A DNA stretch of 63,984 nucleotides, counting the filler. It is 4 parts of 4 records of this genome, joined end to end, with 100 filler letters (N's around TTAATTAATTAA, not from the genome) between each part and the next. Parts side by side here need not be neighbours in the genome. Positions count along the whole stretch, not along the records: positions 18,468 to 34,169 come from SRR31156797_5279; positions 34,270 to 63,984 come from SRR31156797_5291; 2 more parts are not named here. One strand, given 5' to 3'. Below, one piece after another: positions 29,491 to 38,753 of this stretch (its first letter is position 1; every line of letters begins with the position of its first letter). The notes under the pieces are model-generated. The model searched no databases. It was not told the origin of the DNA and saw only the letters and a list, made by a program, of their open reading frames with translations. The position numbers were made by a program, and so were the translations under genes.

Positions 29491-29847
29491 ATGAAACATG
29501 CTTCATTCTTGACTAAAATTATTGTAAACCTTATTGCTTTTACAATTATAGGGACTATGTTCAAAGGCATTCACATTGAAGGCCTGTTCACTTTGATCGC
29601 CATGTCTGTATTGTTTGCAATACTGAATTCTTTGGTCAAACCCTTTATCACTATTATCACCTTGCCTGTATCGGCAATGACTTTTGGTATTTTCTATCTA
29701 TTTATAAATGGTTTTATGGTCTGGCTGACCTCTACCTTGATCAGTGGTTTTACAATAGCTAGCTTTGGAACAGCCTTCTGGGCTGCCATCTTCCTTTCAC
29801 TGATCTCATGGTTGGTCGAAATGATATTTTTTAGACGAGATGCCTAA
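29491..29847 (+). CDS. YvlD/phage-holin-4-family four-TM membrane protein
   Basis: LNSLVKP...TLP..MTFGIFYLFING...SFGTAFWAAI. Confidence 0.85.
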   Translation: MKHASFLTKIIVNLIAFTIIGTMFKGIHIEGLFTLIAMSVLFAILNSLVKPFITIITLPVSAMTFGIFYLFINGFMVWLTSTLISGFTIASFGTAFWAAIFLSLISWLVEMIFFRRDA

Positions 29848-30838
29848 GACAAAAACACAGCACAAAGCTCTTTTTTGGGAGCCGGAAAACAACGACATTC
29901 AATGCCGTCTATGCCCGCATAAATGCATCCTTTCCGAAGGACAAAGCGGTATCTGCATGGTTAGAACGAATGTTAAAGGTGAACTGATCTCCTCAATTTA
30001 TGGACTGCCATCTGCCTTAAGGGTGGATCCCATAGAGAAAAAACCCTTATTCCATTTTCTTCCCGGCAGCAAAACCTACAGCATAGGAACCCAAGGCTGC
30101 AACTTGAAATGTCAATTCTGCCAGAACTGGCATTTATCCACACAATATGGCCATGCAAGCGTTTACGTTTCACCGGAAGAGGTCATTTCTGAAGCTATTG
30201 AATCGAATTGCACATCCATTGCATTCACTTACAATGAACCGATCATTTTCGCCGAGTATTTAATGGATATTCGCGATCTCGCCACGAAAGCCGGGCTGCC
30301 CTGCGTGATGGTCACTAATGGTTATATTGAAGAAGATGCCAGAGAAAAAGTCTTTAAAAATATTAAAGCCGTTAATATTGATCTGAAAGCATTTTCAGAT
30401 GAACAATATATTAAGTATATTGGCGGAACTTTGAATCCTGTTCTTAATACGATAAAATGGTGTGTCAACCAGGGAATTCATACCGAAATCACCACCTTGA
30501 TCATTCCCGGGATCAACGACAAGGAAGACATGTTCAAAAAAGAATGTAAATGGATATTGAAAAATTGTGGAGAGGACACAGCATTACACATAAATGCTTT
30601 CCATCCGGATCATAAGATGAAAGACTATCCCCGCACATCCGGATCAGCCTTGAAAAAGTGTGCGGAAATCGCAAACAACTGCGGATTAAAATACATATAT
30701 GTGGGCAATTATCCGGGTTTTGACAATAATACGTATTGCCCGGAATGTGGTGAGGTCGTTGTAAAACGGGATATCTATCTTGTTGAGAAAATCTCCACCC
30801 ACATGCACAAAGCACCAATAATTTGGAGTGTATCATGA
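29840..30838 (+). CDS. amrS: AmmeMemoRadiSam system radical SAM enzyme
   Basis: CRLCPHKC...C.VR, DPIEKKPLFHF, CNLKCQFCQNW and AFTYNEP. Confidence 0.9.
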   Translation: MPKTKTQHKALFWEPENNDIQCRLCPHKCILSEGQSGICMVRTNVKGELISSIYGLPSALRVDPIEKKPLFHFLPGSKTYSIGTQGCNLKCQFCQNWHLSTQYGHASVYVSPEEVISEAIESNCTSIAFTYNEPIIFAEYLMDIRDLATKAGLPCVMVTNGYIEEDAREKVFKNIKAVNIDLKAFSDEQYIKYIGGTLNPVLNTIKWCVNQGIHTEITTLIIPGINDKEDMFKKECKWILKNCGEDTALHINAFHPDHKMKDYPRTSGSALKKCAEIANNCGLKYIYVGNYPGFDNNTYCPECGEVVVKRDIYLVEKISTHMHKAPIIWSVS

Positions 30839-31200
30839 AATTCAGTCAGTTTAAACTAGCCATGCTCTCCCCTTTTGAGGAACTTCAGAAAGAAGGTGGA
30901 GAAGAATTTCTGGAACTCATGGTCGAGACCATTGTTCTGGAAGATGCCGATTCTAAAGAATTGGCTGTTTTGAACGGTTGGGAATACAATCTTTCCCGTT
31001 CAAGACACTGGGACAAGGAGCAAGAAAACTACATCATGTATGACGGTTTCAGTGATGAACACCTTGAGGAATTGCTTGAGGACATTGAAGATTTGGAATT
31101 GGAACCGGCAAAGCTCAAACTGAACATCGAAGGAATGAACGACTTGGATGAACCCATTCATAAGCAGATCTCTGTTGAGTTGAGCAAACTAGATGACTAA
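30835..31200 (+). CDS. Highly acidic hypothetical protein
   Basis: ATGA overlap with the amrS stop and a GGAG SD; about 33 D/E against about 11 K/R by my count. Confidence 0.75.
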   Translation: MKFSQFKLAMLSPFEELQKEGGEEFLELMVETIVLEDADSKELAVLNGWEYNLSRSRHWDKEQENYIMYDGFSDEHLEELLEDIEDLELEPAKLKLNIEGMNDLDEPIHKQISVELSKLDD

Positions 31201-31600
31201 TTCTTTCGATTTCGACCAATACAAGGATAGTAACCCGTTCTCAATGGGTTACAGCACCATAGAGATCCCCATAACTCGTCAAAATCTTTTTATGATGCAA
31301 AGACAGTTTTCGGTGAGAAATCATACCGATTTTTTCCCATTTGATGTTTTTGGTGCAATGAATCCTTCGAATAATGTCGATAAGAATTATCGCGTCAGGA
31401 CCATGGTCATTCATACGGATTGCGGTTTTGACATTGAAACTGATATCGTGGAACAAACCTTTGTTCTGAGAAACAGAAGTATGCAAAAGGGATCAACACG
31501 ATATATGAGCGAAAAAAATGTAAAGCCCGGCGATGTGATCATTATGGAAAAGATCACGCCTTATGAATACAATATGAAACTCAAAAGGAGTGACGTATGA
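31193..31600 (+). CDS. Hypothetical protein, possible B3/EcoRII-N-like DNA-binding pseudobarrel
   Basis: Pattern DFFP.D.FG..N...ETDI...LRNR...VKPGDVIIMEKITPYEY; translationally coupled to its neighbours. Confidence 0.55.
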   Translation: MTNSFDFDQYKDSNPFSMGYSTIEIPITRQNLFMMQRQFSVRNHTDFFPFDVFGAMNPSNNVDKNYRVRTMVIHTDCGFDIETDIVEQTFVLRNRSMQKGSTRYMSEKNVKPGDVIIMEKITPYEYNMKLKRSDV

Positions 31601-31785
31601 TAAATAAGATCAATTTTGAACTTGATGATGACGAATTACAGGCATTTAAAGACTTAGTCAAGAAACTTGGAAATGTCCGCGGTGAAACAAGCCTCAAGGT
31701 AGACGGTACTTTGCGAGGTGCCTTACAGCAGATCCAACGTGAATTGCACATATTCGATGATTTTAAGAAACGCGACCTATGGTAA
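31597..31785 (+). CDS. Small hypothetical protein, possible ribbon-helix-helix
   Basis: ATGA overlap and AGGAG SD; an alternating KINFEL strand followed by helices. Confidence 0.6.
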   Translation: MINKINFELDDDELQAFKDLVKKLGNVRGETSLKVDGTLRGALQQIQRELHIFDDFKKRDLW

Positions 31786-31842
31786 ACAGCAGGCAGTAAG
31801 CTGTAAGCCGTAGACAGATATCAGAAGAGAGAAGAAACTAAA

Positions 31843-32940
31843 ATGATCAAAAAAACCCCTTTTCATGACAGGCATGTCGCTCTGGGAGCAAAAATGCACG
31901 AATTTGCCGGCTATATGATGCCTATCTCATATACCGGGATCAATCAAGAACATTTACAGATCAGAGAAAAAATAGGCGTATTCGATGTCTCCCACATGGG
32001 AGAATTTTTCGTTGAGGGCGAACATGCTGAGGATTTCCTTCAGCATATTACCGTAAACGATGTAAGATCACTGGTGGATGGTCAGGCGCAGTATTCAGCT
32101 ATGTGTTACCCTGACGGTGGTATTGTGGATGATTTGATCGTCTACCGATTCAATAAGAATAAATACATGATGGTCGTCAATGCGTCAAATATAGAAAAGG
32201 ACTATGCCTGGGCTCGTGAACATCTTGAAGATAATGTTACGCTCAGCAACCATAGCGATGAAATAGCACTCCTGGCAGTGCAAGGCCCTAAAACACTGAA
32301 AGTATTGCAGGCTTTGACTGATGTTGATTTGAGAAGCATTGGCTTTTATCATTTCAAAGAAGGTAAAGTAGCTGGAATAGACATGATCATTTCTCGTACA
32401 GGATACACTGGAGAACCCGGTTTTGAATTGTATCACGATCTAAAGGACGGATTAAAATTATGGGATGCAATATTCGAAGCCGGAAAAGATGAAGACATTC
32501 AAGCTGTTGGATTGGGGGCTCGCGACACATTACGGCTTGAAATGAAATATGCTCTTTATGGCAATGATATTGATAAAGATACAAATCCTATTGAAGCAGG
32601 ATTGGGTTGGATAACCAAACTTGATACGGATAATTTTATCGGTAAAGAAGAATTGGTCAAAGTCAAGGCCGATAAGCCGGCACAACGTTTGATAGCTTTT
32701 AAAATGATCGACCGCGGAATTCCCCGCCAAGGATATGAACTTTATGTTGATGATGCAAAGGTTGGAAAAGTCACAAGCGGTACTATGTCACCTTCACTGG
32801 GTATTGGTATCGGAACCGGCTATGTACAGCGCGAACATGCAAAGATCGGAACGGAGATCCAACTGGATGTCCGGGGCAGAAAATTAAAAGCCCTGATCGT
32901 AAAACCACCCTTTGTTGATTCGAGTCCGATGGAATTATAA
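31843..32940 (+). CDS. gcvT: Glycine cleavage system aminomethyltransferase T
   Basis: KTPFH, FDVSHMG, SRTGYTGEPGFE and GLGARDTLRLE. Confidence 0.96.
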   Translation: MIKKTPFHDRHVALGAKMHEFAGYMMPISYTGINQEHLQIREKIGVFDVSHMGEFFVEGEHAEDFLQHITVNDVRSLVDGQAQYSAMCYPDGGIVDDLIVYRFNKNKYMMVVNASNIEKDYAWAREHLEDNVTLSNHSDEIALLAVQGPKTLKVLQALTDVDLRSIGFYHFKEGKVAGIDMIISRTGYTGEPGFELYHDLKDGLKLWDAIFEAGKDEDIQAVGLGARDTLRLEMKYALYGNDIDKDTNPIEAGLGWITKLDTDNFIGKEELVKVKADKPAQRLIAFKMIDRGIPRQGYELYVDDAKVGKVTSGTMSPSLGIGIGTGYVQREHAKIGTEIQLDVRGRKLKALIVKPPFVDSSPMEL

Positions 32941-32958
32941 ATAATTTTTAGATATGAT

Positions 32959-32985
32959 AAAAAGCCTCGTAATACGAGGCTTTTT
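32959..32985. terminator. Bidirectional rho-independent terminator
   Basis: AAAAAGCCTCGT-AAT-ACGAGGCTTTTT between convergent genes. Confidence 0.8.
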
Positions 32986-32996
32986 ATTTTGGAATT

Positions 32997-33024
32997 GTAA
33001 AGACACAAGATCTTGCGTCTCTAC
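32997..33024. repeat. GTAG-type REP-like palindrome
   Basis: GTAAAGACACAAGATCTTGCGTCTCTAC, an imperfect palindrome ending in CTAC. Confidence 0.5.
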
Positions 33025-33034
33025 AGATACATTA

Positions 33035-33730
33035 TTATCCAAATCTTCCGGCTTGCATGGTAGCTAATCCAGCCATCAGAAGGAATCCGACGATCATAGT
33101 AGCAATAACAAGAATACTTGCTTTTTTGGTAGTGAATTTATAAAGCGCTTTAAATGCCAGGATCCATACAATCACACGCCAAATAGCGAAGAACTCAAGT
33201 TGATTGATAAATTGGACACCGAAATTGCTCATATCGGGATTATTCAGTAGAGACCCAAATCCAACTTGAACCATCATGGTGCCTTTTTGCACAGCCAAGA
33301 TCATCTTAATAATAGTTTCCGGTATGGTAATCATTTGCACAAACAAAGTAGTTGCAAGAAGTGTACCGAATTTTTGTTGACCTCCACCTATAAAGTTACC
33401 AACGATCCAAAATACAAAGGCTCCCACTAAAGCACCGATCACTACCTGAAGGATAGCTCCTACATATTTGAATGTTTGAGCTATGGGTGAATTCGTCTGT
33501 GAAAGCGCAGCCTCTTTCTGAGCATCCGATAATTGTTCCATACCTTGGATCACTTCAACCTGCATTTTATGCATGACATCAGCGGTTACCAGCATAAAAA
33601 TAACGATCATCGCGACAAGTAGTAAAAAAGGTACGACATAATCCGTCCATTTTGTGCCTTCATCCCTTAAAGATCCAAAACACTTCGAAGGTGCTACAAA
33701 AACATTTCCAATTCTTGAGAATACGTTCAT
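33035..33730 (-). CDS. Yip1-family membrane protein
   Basis: RIGNVFVAPSKCF start and five TM segments. Confidence 0.8.
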   Translation of the reverse strand: MNVFSRIGNVFVAPSKCFGSLRDEGTKWTDYVVPFLLLVAMIVIFMLVTADVMHKMQVEVIQGMEQLSDAQKEAALSQTNSPIAQTFKYVGAILQVVIGALVGAFVFWIVGNFIGGGQQKFGTLLATTLFVQMITIPETIIKMILAVQKGTMMVQVGFGSLLNNPDMSNFGVQFINQLEFFAIWRVIVWILAFKALYKFTTKKASILVIATMIVGFLLMAGLATMQAGRFG

Positions 33731-33901
33731 TTGTTCTCTCCTATTAATTGACTTACTTACTAACTGTTAGACGGATTAATTTAGAGCTTTACTACAATAA
33801 AATGAATAAAAAAAAGAAAATAATGCAAAAAGTCGTTGAGAATAAAATTATTATATCTTAAGTTTACGCGTTGTCAGATGATTACGAAAAGGAGATTCAT
33901 A

Positions 33902-34075
33902 ATGGCAGTCGTAGTAAATGTAGATGTGTGTGAAGGTATCGGCGAATGTGTAGAAGTCTGTCCCGTAGAAGCTTTGGAAGTTAAAGACGGAAAAGCTGTT
34001 GTGGACGACGATCTTTGCATTGATTGCCTGGCTTGCATAGCCGCCTGCCCTGTTGAAGCCATCTCAGAAGGTTAA
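33902..34075 (+). CDS. Small 4Fe-4S dicluster-type ferredoxin
   Basis: CEGIGECVEVCP (the second Cys of the usual motif is replaced by Ile) and CIDCLACIAACP; AGGAG SD before the ATG at 33902. Confidence 0.9.
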   Translation: MAVVVNVDVCEGIGECVEVCPVEALEVKDGKAVVDDDLCIDCLACIAACPVEAISEG

Positions 34076-34169
34076 ACAGGACGTTACAAAAGAAAATAAG
34101 GGCAGGTAATACTGCCCTTTTGTATTTAGGAGTAAATATGTCAAAAGAAAATCAAAATCCCTTTGATAC

Positions 34170-34269
34170 NNNNNNNNNNNNNNNNNNNNNNNNNNNNNNN
34201 NNNNNNNNNNNNNTTAATTAATTAANNNNNNNNNNNNNNNNNNNNNNNNNNNNNNNNNNNNNNNNNNNN
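34170..34269. other. Artificial contig spacer
   Basis: N run with TTAATTAATTAA. Confidence 0.98.
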
Positions 34270-34298
34270 CAGGGGTTCAAATCCCCTTGGGGACGCCA
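34270..34298 (+). tRNA. 3' end of a tRNA, probably tRNA-Glu, cut by the contig edge
   Basis: CAGGGGTTCAAATCCCCTTGGGGACGCCA gives a T arm, the acceptor 3' strand and CCA; a terminator-like hairpin follows. Confidence 0.75.
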
Positions 34299-34423
34299 CA
34301 AAAAAACAGAAGTAATTGCACAAGCAGTTACTTCTTTTTTTTATGCCCGACGTCCCATCTCTCTTCTCTTGCATAACCAGCCAGCCTGCCGTACTTTTTC
34401 GACCAAACCACTGGAGATTCATC

Positions 34424-35362
34424 ATGAAGAAATCCATTGTCGCCGCATTACAGATCGGCTCGGATCAAGGTACTGCGGCCACAGTTGAAAAGATATTGGG
34501 ATATGAAACACAAATTCGCGAATCCGGGTGCAGCCTGCTGGTATTGCCCGAAGCTATCCTGGGCGGCTACCCAAAAGGGGCCGACTTCGGCACCAAGCTC
34601 GGCTATCGTACCCCTGAAGGACGCGAAGACTTTCTCGAATATTGGAATGAAGCGGTTGACATTGATGGCCCAGAAATCGCCGAACTTTGCGGATTGGCCA
34701 AGCGGTGCACAACCGCCATGGTCGTCGGCATCATTGAACGCGGTGGCTCCACCTTATACTGTACAGCCCTGTTTATCGCCGAAGACGGCACCATCGCTGG
34801 CAAACACCGCAAGCTCATGCCCACAGCCACGGAACGATTAGTTTGGGGACAAGGCGACGGTTCCACACTGCCTGTCGTAGAAACATCTGCCGGACGCGTG
34901 GCCGGTGCCATCTGTTGGGAGAACTACATGCCTTTGCTTCGCGCCACTATGTATGGCAAAGGCATGGACATCTGGTGTGCGCCCACCGTGGACGCTCGCG
35001 ACATCTGGGTGGCGAGCATGCAGTTCATAGCCTATGAAGGTCGAAATTTCCTCGTCAGTGCATGTCAGTACCAAGGGCCGCCGAACGGGAAAACACATCG
35101 CGATCCGGCATGGCCTGCCGACGAGCCTCTTATTCGCGGCAACTCCATCATCATATCACCCATGGGTGATATTCTGGCCGGTCCTTTACGCGGCGAAGAA
35201 GGCCTGATCTCCGCAGAGATTGATCTTGATGACATTGTCAGGGCACGTTACGACATGGACATCGCAGGGCATTACGCCCGCCCGGATGTATTCAAACTCT
35301 CTGTGGACGAACGGCCAAGACCTGCGGTTTCTTGTATTAACAATGATAATTCAGCTGAATAA
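34424..35362 (+). CDS. Nitrilase (carbon-nitrogen hydrolase)
   Basis: Catalytic triad in LPEA, HRKLMPT and ICWENYMP; C-terminal [12 protein letters not shown] at 34424 with a GGAG SD. Confidence 0.92.
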   Translation: MKKSIVAALQIGSDQGTAATVEKILGYETQIRESGCSLLVLPEAILGGYPKGADFGTKLGYRTPEGREDFLEYWNEAVDIDGPEIAELCGLAKRCTTAMVVGIIERGGSTLYCTALFIAEDGTIAGKHRKLMPTATERLVWGQGDGSTLPVVETSAGRVAGAICWENYMPLLRATMYGKGMDIWCAPTVDARDIWVASMQFIAYEGRNFLVSACQYQGPPNGKTHRDPAWPADEPLIRGNSIIISPMGDILAGPLRGEEGLISAEIDLDDIVRARYDMDIAGHYARPDVFKLSVDERPRPAVSCINNDNSAE

Positions 35363-35366
35363 TTTT

Positions 35367-35460
35367 GAAGATGCCGCCTTTGGCGGATTTTTCAAATAAT
35401 TTCGTCTTCGACGGCTCAAGGCCGAGAGCCTTGAGAATCCCGTGTCGCCTTCGGCGAAAA
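35367..35460. repeat. Multi-hairpin intergenic element (Desulfovibrio REP-like)
   Basis: Hairpins CCGCC-TTT-GGCGG, CTCAAGGC-CGAGA-GCCTTGAG and TCGCC-TTC-GGCGA. Confidence 0.4.
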
Positions 35461-35524
35461 TGCATATATTAAAAGCCCTGAGTGTATTTACTTCAGGGCT
35501 TTTTATATGGGTATATTGCTCTGA

Positions 35525-35824
35525 TTACTTGGCGACGTCGACGGCTTCCCAGATATTGACCTCAGAAGGACCAGCCACAAGGTCCGCTGTGGCCTGACTC
35601 ATGGCCGCCATATGTGGAGTCTTTCCATGTGCCGCCAAATGTGCCGGGCTTTCCCAAATTTCATAAAACAGAAAGACATTGGCGTATTCGGATTTATGCA
35701 GATCATATGTCATGCAGCCGTCTTCTGTACGAACCACTGAAACAACTTTCGCCAATTCCGCTTCCAGCGCGACTTCGCAGCCGTCCTTGGCCATCACGGT
35801 GGCGGATACATATGTCAAAGCCAT
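35525..35824 (-). CDS. ABM-family (putative quinol) monooxygenase
   Basis: VRTEDGCMTYDLH...FLFYEIWES...HLAAH..TPHM; AGGAG SD before MALTYV. Confidence 0.88.
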   Translation of the reverse strand: MALTYVSATVMAKDGCEVALEAELAKVVSVVRTEDGCMTYDLHKSEYANVFLFYEIWESPAHLAAHGKTPHMAAMSQATADLVAGPSEVNIWEAVDVAK

Positions 35825-35933
35825 TAAGAACTCCTTTTTTATGATGAAAATCCCACGTAAGTTTTCCATTCTCTTTCGTCAACAATGTGCAACCATAGGC
35901 TTTACAATCGATTTTCAAAAAAACATTCATTAA

Positions 35934-35962
35934 TGTAACCTCTGCCTTCGCACCGACGATTA
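35934..35962 (+). promoter_or_regulatory. ECF-type promoter TGTAACC-N16-CGATTA upstream of the ECF sigma operon
   Basis: Matches the general AAC/CGA ECF consensus; ECF genes are commonly autoregulated. Confidence 0.55.
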
Positions 35963-36154
35963 TACTCGTGAAAGCAGGTTTTACCGCCGCTGTCTGATTT
36001 CAGGAGATAAGAGTGTTGTCTAGATGTATTCGGACAGCGGCGGCAAACCTGACAGGCTTAAACGCCAACAAAAACAGGGACGCAGTCGACCAAGTACTTG
36101 TATCCACGCAATGCCCCCTGTAAAGATATGTAAATTTATTGCGAAAAGGGTCAG

Positions 36155-36754
36155 ATGCCCGGAAAACAGGACGACACATTCGTCATCGACCAAGTGTTAA
36201 ATGGCGACCCAAATGCCTTTGCGCTCCTACTGGAACGCCATGAGGGACACGTCTCACGGATCGTTGCGGCCCATGTACCGGGGCAGCACGTGGCCGAAGT
36301 CGCTCATGACACCTTTATCCGGGCTTATAAAAGTCTGAACGGGTACACACCGGTCAAACCCTTTCGTAACTGGTTGACCACCATTGCCCTGCGCAGTTGT
36401 CACGACTTCTGGCGCAAGCAATACCGGAACAGGGAAGCTCCGGTCTGCGACATGAGTGAAAACGGTCAACAATGGCTCGAAACGGCAATGGCTCCCGGTT
36501 CAAATGAAATATTTGAATCACAAGCCAGGCAACGCGAGGCCCGAGAAATTCTTGATATGGCGCTAGCACATGTGTCGCCCATGGACCGGATGGTGCTCAC
36601 TTTGACCTATCTGGAAGAACGGACGATCAAGGAGGCTGCTCAGATGCTTGACATCAGCGTCCCCAACGTCAAAATTCGCGCCTATCGAGCCAAACGCAAA
36701 CTCAAAGCTTTTCTAGAACGCTGTGACATCCAAGGAGGGGCGCATGAAACGTAA
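36155..36754 (+). CDS. ECF RNA polymerase sigma factor
   Basis: GDPNAF, HDTFIRAYKSL, FRNWLTTIA and region 4 TIKEAAQMLDISVPNVKIRAYRAK. Confidence 0.92.
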   Translation: MPGKQDDTFVIDQVLNGDPNAFALLLERHEGHVSRIVAAHVPGQHVAEVAHDTFIRAYKSLNGYTPVKPFRNWLTTIALRSCHDFWRKQYRNREAPVCDMSENGQQWLETAMAPGSNEIFESQARQREAREILDMALAHVSPMDRMVLTLTYLEERTIKEAAQMLDISVPNVKIRAYRAKRKLKAFLERCDIQGGAHET

Positions 36755-37043
36755 AAACGAACATCTCCATCGGCTATTCAAAAAAGCCCATGCCAACCGC
36801 CCGGAATGGACCCCCACCCCGGCATGGCGTAACTCCATTATGACAGAGATCGGTAGAACAGGTCAGACCGGAATTACTTTTGAATTCGACCGACTGGCAC
36901 TTCGTCTCACTGCTGCCGCCATTGCTGCGACGATCGTCCTCGGCGTTTTTGCAACATGGACCATGGTTGATGTTTCTGGCGAAATCTACACAGCCCTCAG
37001 CAACCAGGCCGTTTTGCCAACTATCATGGAATCGATGATCTAG
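36744..37043 (+). CDS. Putative single-TM anti-sigma factor
   Basis: Overlaps the sigma stop; short cytoplasmic domain plus a TM. Confidence 0.6.
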   Translation: MKRKNEHLHRLFKKAHANRPEWTPTPAWRNSIMTEIGRTGQTGITFEFDRLALRLTAAAIAATIVLGVFATWTMVDVSGEIYTALSNQAVLPTIMESMI

Positions 37044-37052
37044 GAGATACTC

Positions 37053-37469
37053 ATGAAAAACTGGAAAATTTGGACCGCATGTATCGCCATATTCGTGGCC
37101 GGGGCAGCCTCCGGGATCCTTGGAACAGGTATGGTCATTAAGCACCATTTCGATTCCTTTGGTCGAGGCCCTGAATTTCGAGAAAAATTGAAAGGAAAAA
37201 TTATCGGCCACTTGCAGGATGAACTCAATCTTCCTGACAGCCAAATGCCTCCCATTATTATTGAAGTGGAAAAGACCATGAATAAAATGCATGAATTCCG
37301 TATGCAAAATGGCCCCAAACTCAAGGCCATTCTCGATGACGGAATCAGCAGGGTAAAAGTTCATCTTTCCCCGGAAAAGCAGACAGAATTGGATGAGATG
37401 ATCAAAAACCATCGTCATCGTAAATTCAGTCTATTTCGTTTACCTCCACCGCCACCGCCTGGCCCCTAG
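37053..37469 (+). CDS. Helical exported protein (Spy/CpxP/heavy-metal-sensor-like) with a poly-Pro tail
   Basis: N-terminal TM, ELNL..SQ and LSPEKQ motifs; third gene of the ECF module. Confidence 0.6.
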   Translation: MKNWKIWTACIAIFVAGAASGILGTGMVIKHHFDSFGRGPEFREKLKGKIIGHLQDELNLPDSQMPPIIIEVEKTMNKMHEFRMQNGPKLKAILDDGISRVKVHLSPEKQTELDEMIKNHRHRKFSLFRLPPPPPPGP

Positions 37470-37718
37470 GCTCTCACGAAAACTGACACCAACCATGAGT
37501 TATTCAATAAAAACTTATGTTGTTTAAAACACATCCATCCCGTCCGCCATGCAAGCACCATGGCGGACTTTTTTTTAGGCATAGGATAAAATAAACACAT
37601 CATTTGTTGTACTTCGCCTTCAATAACTGCAATGCCTTAAAAAAATTGCGGCCCCCGCCCCTTAATTCACCATGGGAAACACCTTCTCTACTATGAAATC
37701 ATCGTCACGGGAGTAAGC

Positions 37719-38534
37719 ATGAAAAGCATCATCGTCGAAAACCTCAAGCCAGAATTTGCACCGGTAGCAGTAGTGTGGAGTGATACCATCCCCACAAACA
37801 CGTTCCAATTCAAAAAAGATAAATTTGGCTGCGTCCTCTATTTGTTTGCCCACGCCTCTACACAAGGCAAAGTCGCTGGAGGAAGCCGCGAAACCGTCCT
37901 GTGTACCGGAGGTCGAGCTGCCTTGGGTTTCGGTTCAGGCTTTGACGCGTCGGAAGAAATGCTTGAAACCCATGCTGCATTATTCAGCAAGGGACTGAAG
38001 TCCGCACAGGACAGAACTGCTTATCAAAAACGGATCGACTCTGTTCCTAAAAGTTGGAAGGACATGTTTGAATATGGGGAACGTAGACATTGTAGTCTGG
38101 ACCTTGCAAAAAAATGGATTCTCCACGAATTGCCACGCTACGATATCAAACAGAAATATGTTCTTTTCAAGCCCCTGAACGAGACTTCAAATGATGAAAA
38201 TATCCGCGCCATAATCTTTCCGGTCAATCCACTTGAACTGTCAGGACTTGTAACACTTGCAGGCTCTGTCATGAAAGGAACCGACCCCGTCCGAGTCCCT
38301 CAAGGCACAGACTGCAGTGGCATCGGGGCCTTTGCCTATGCCGAAGCCGAATTGGATTCCCCCAGAGCCGTCATGGGCATGATGGGCACCGACGGCCGGG
38401 AAGTCATGCGCAAACGCTTCCGAGATGATATAACAACGCTCACACTGCCAACACCGCTTTTCTTACAAATGGAAAAAGAAGCTAAAGATTGCATCTTTCA
38501 CGTGCCAGCATGGAAAAACCTTATGAAACGATAA
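37719..38534 (+). CDS. DUF169-like protein
   Basis: FAPVAV, FGC, CTGGRAALGFG, YVLFKPL, GTDC and LTLP motifs. Confidence 0.65.
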   Translation: MKSIIVENLKPEFAPVAVVWSDTIPTNTFQFKKDKFGCVLYLFAHASTQGKVAGGSRETVLCTGGRAALGFGSGFDASEEMLETHAALFSKGLKSAQDRTAYQKRIDSVPKSWKDMFEYGERRHCSLDLAKKWILHELPRYDIKQKYVLFKPLNETSNDENIRAIIFPVNPLELSGLVTLAGSVMKGTDPVRVPQGTDCSGIGAFAYAEAELDSPRAVMGMMGTDGREVMRKRFRDDITTLTLPTPLFLQMEKEAKDCIFHVPAWKNLMKR

Positions 38535-38659
38535 AAACGACCAACAACTTGTATATTTAATAAGACCAATAGTCCCATTCAGGGCCAAACCATGGGTTGA
38601 TCCTTCACGCTTGTCGGCACCCGTCAAACTTGATAGAAGTGATCCCCTATTCGTTGCAT

Positions 38660-38753
38660 GGAAGCGTTTCGTCACCGGTGTGGCGCTTGGTCTTCAAAAC
38701 CAATGTTGGGCAGTGATGTCCTGGGCAGGTTCGACTCCTGTACGCTTCCGCCA
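38660..38753 (+). tRNA. selC: tRNA-Sec (TCA)
   Basis: 94 nt with an 8-bp acceptor stem (GGAAGCGT/ACGCTTCC), a 6-bp D stem, anticodon arm TTGGT-CTTCAAA-ACCAA, a long variable arm, a TTCGACT loop and a GCCA end. Confidence 0.95.

Noticed and set aside
29491-29847. Phage holin as evidence of a prophage
   Set aside because: This family is common in housekeeping contexts, and no phage genes are nearby.
34138-34169. ORF start MSKENQNPFD with an AGGAG SD
   Set aside because: Only 10 codons precede the contig end, so no product can be assigned.
5750-34269. Three identical N-flanked TTAATTAATTAA blocks and abrupt composition shifts
   Set aside because: These are concatenation linkers. Neighbouring segments come from different organisms, so no cross-segment system or HGT is inferred.
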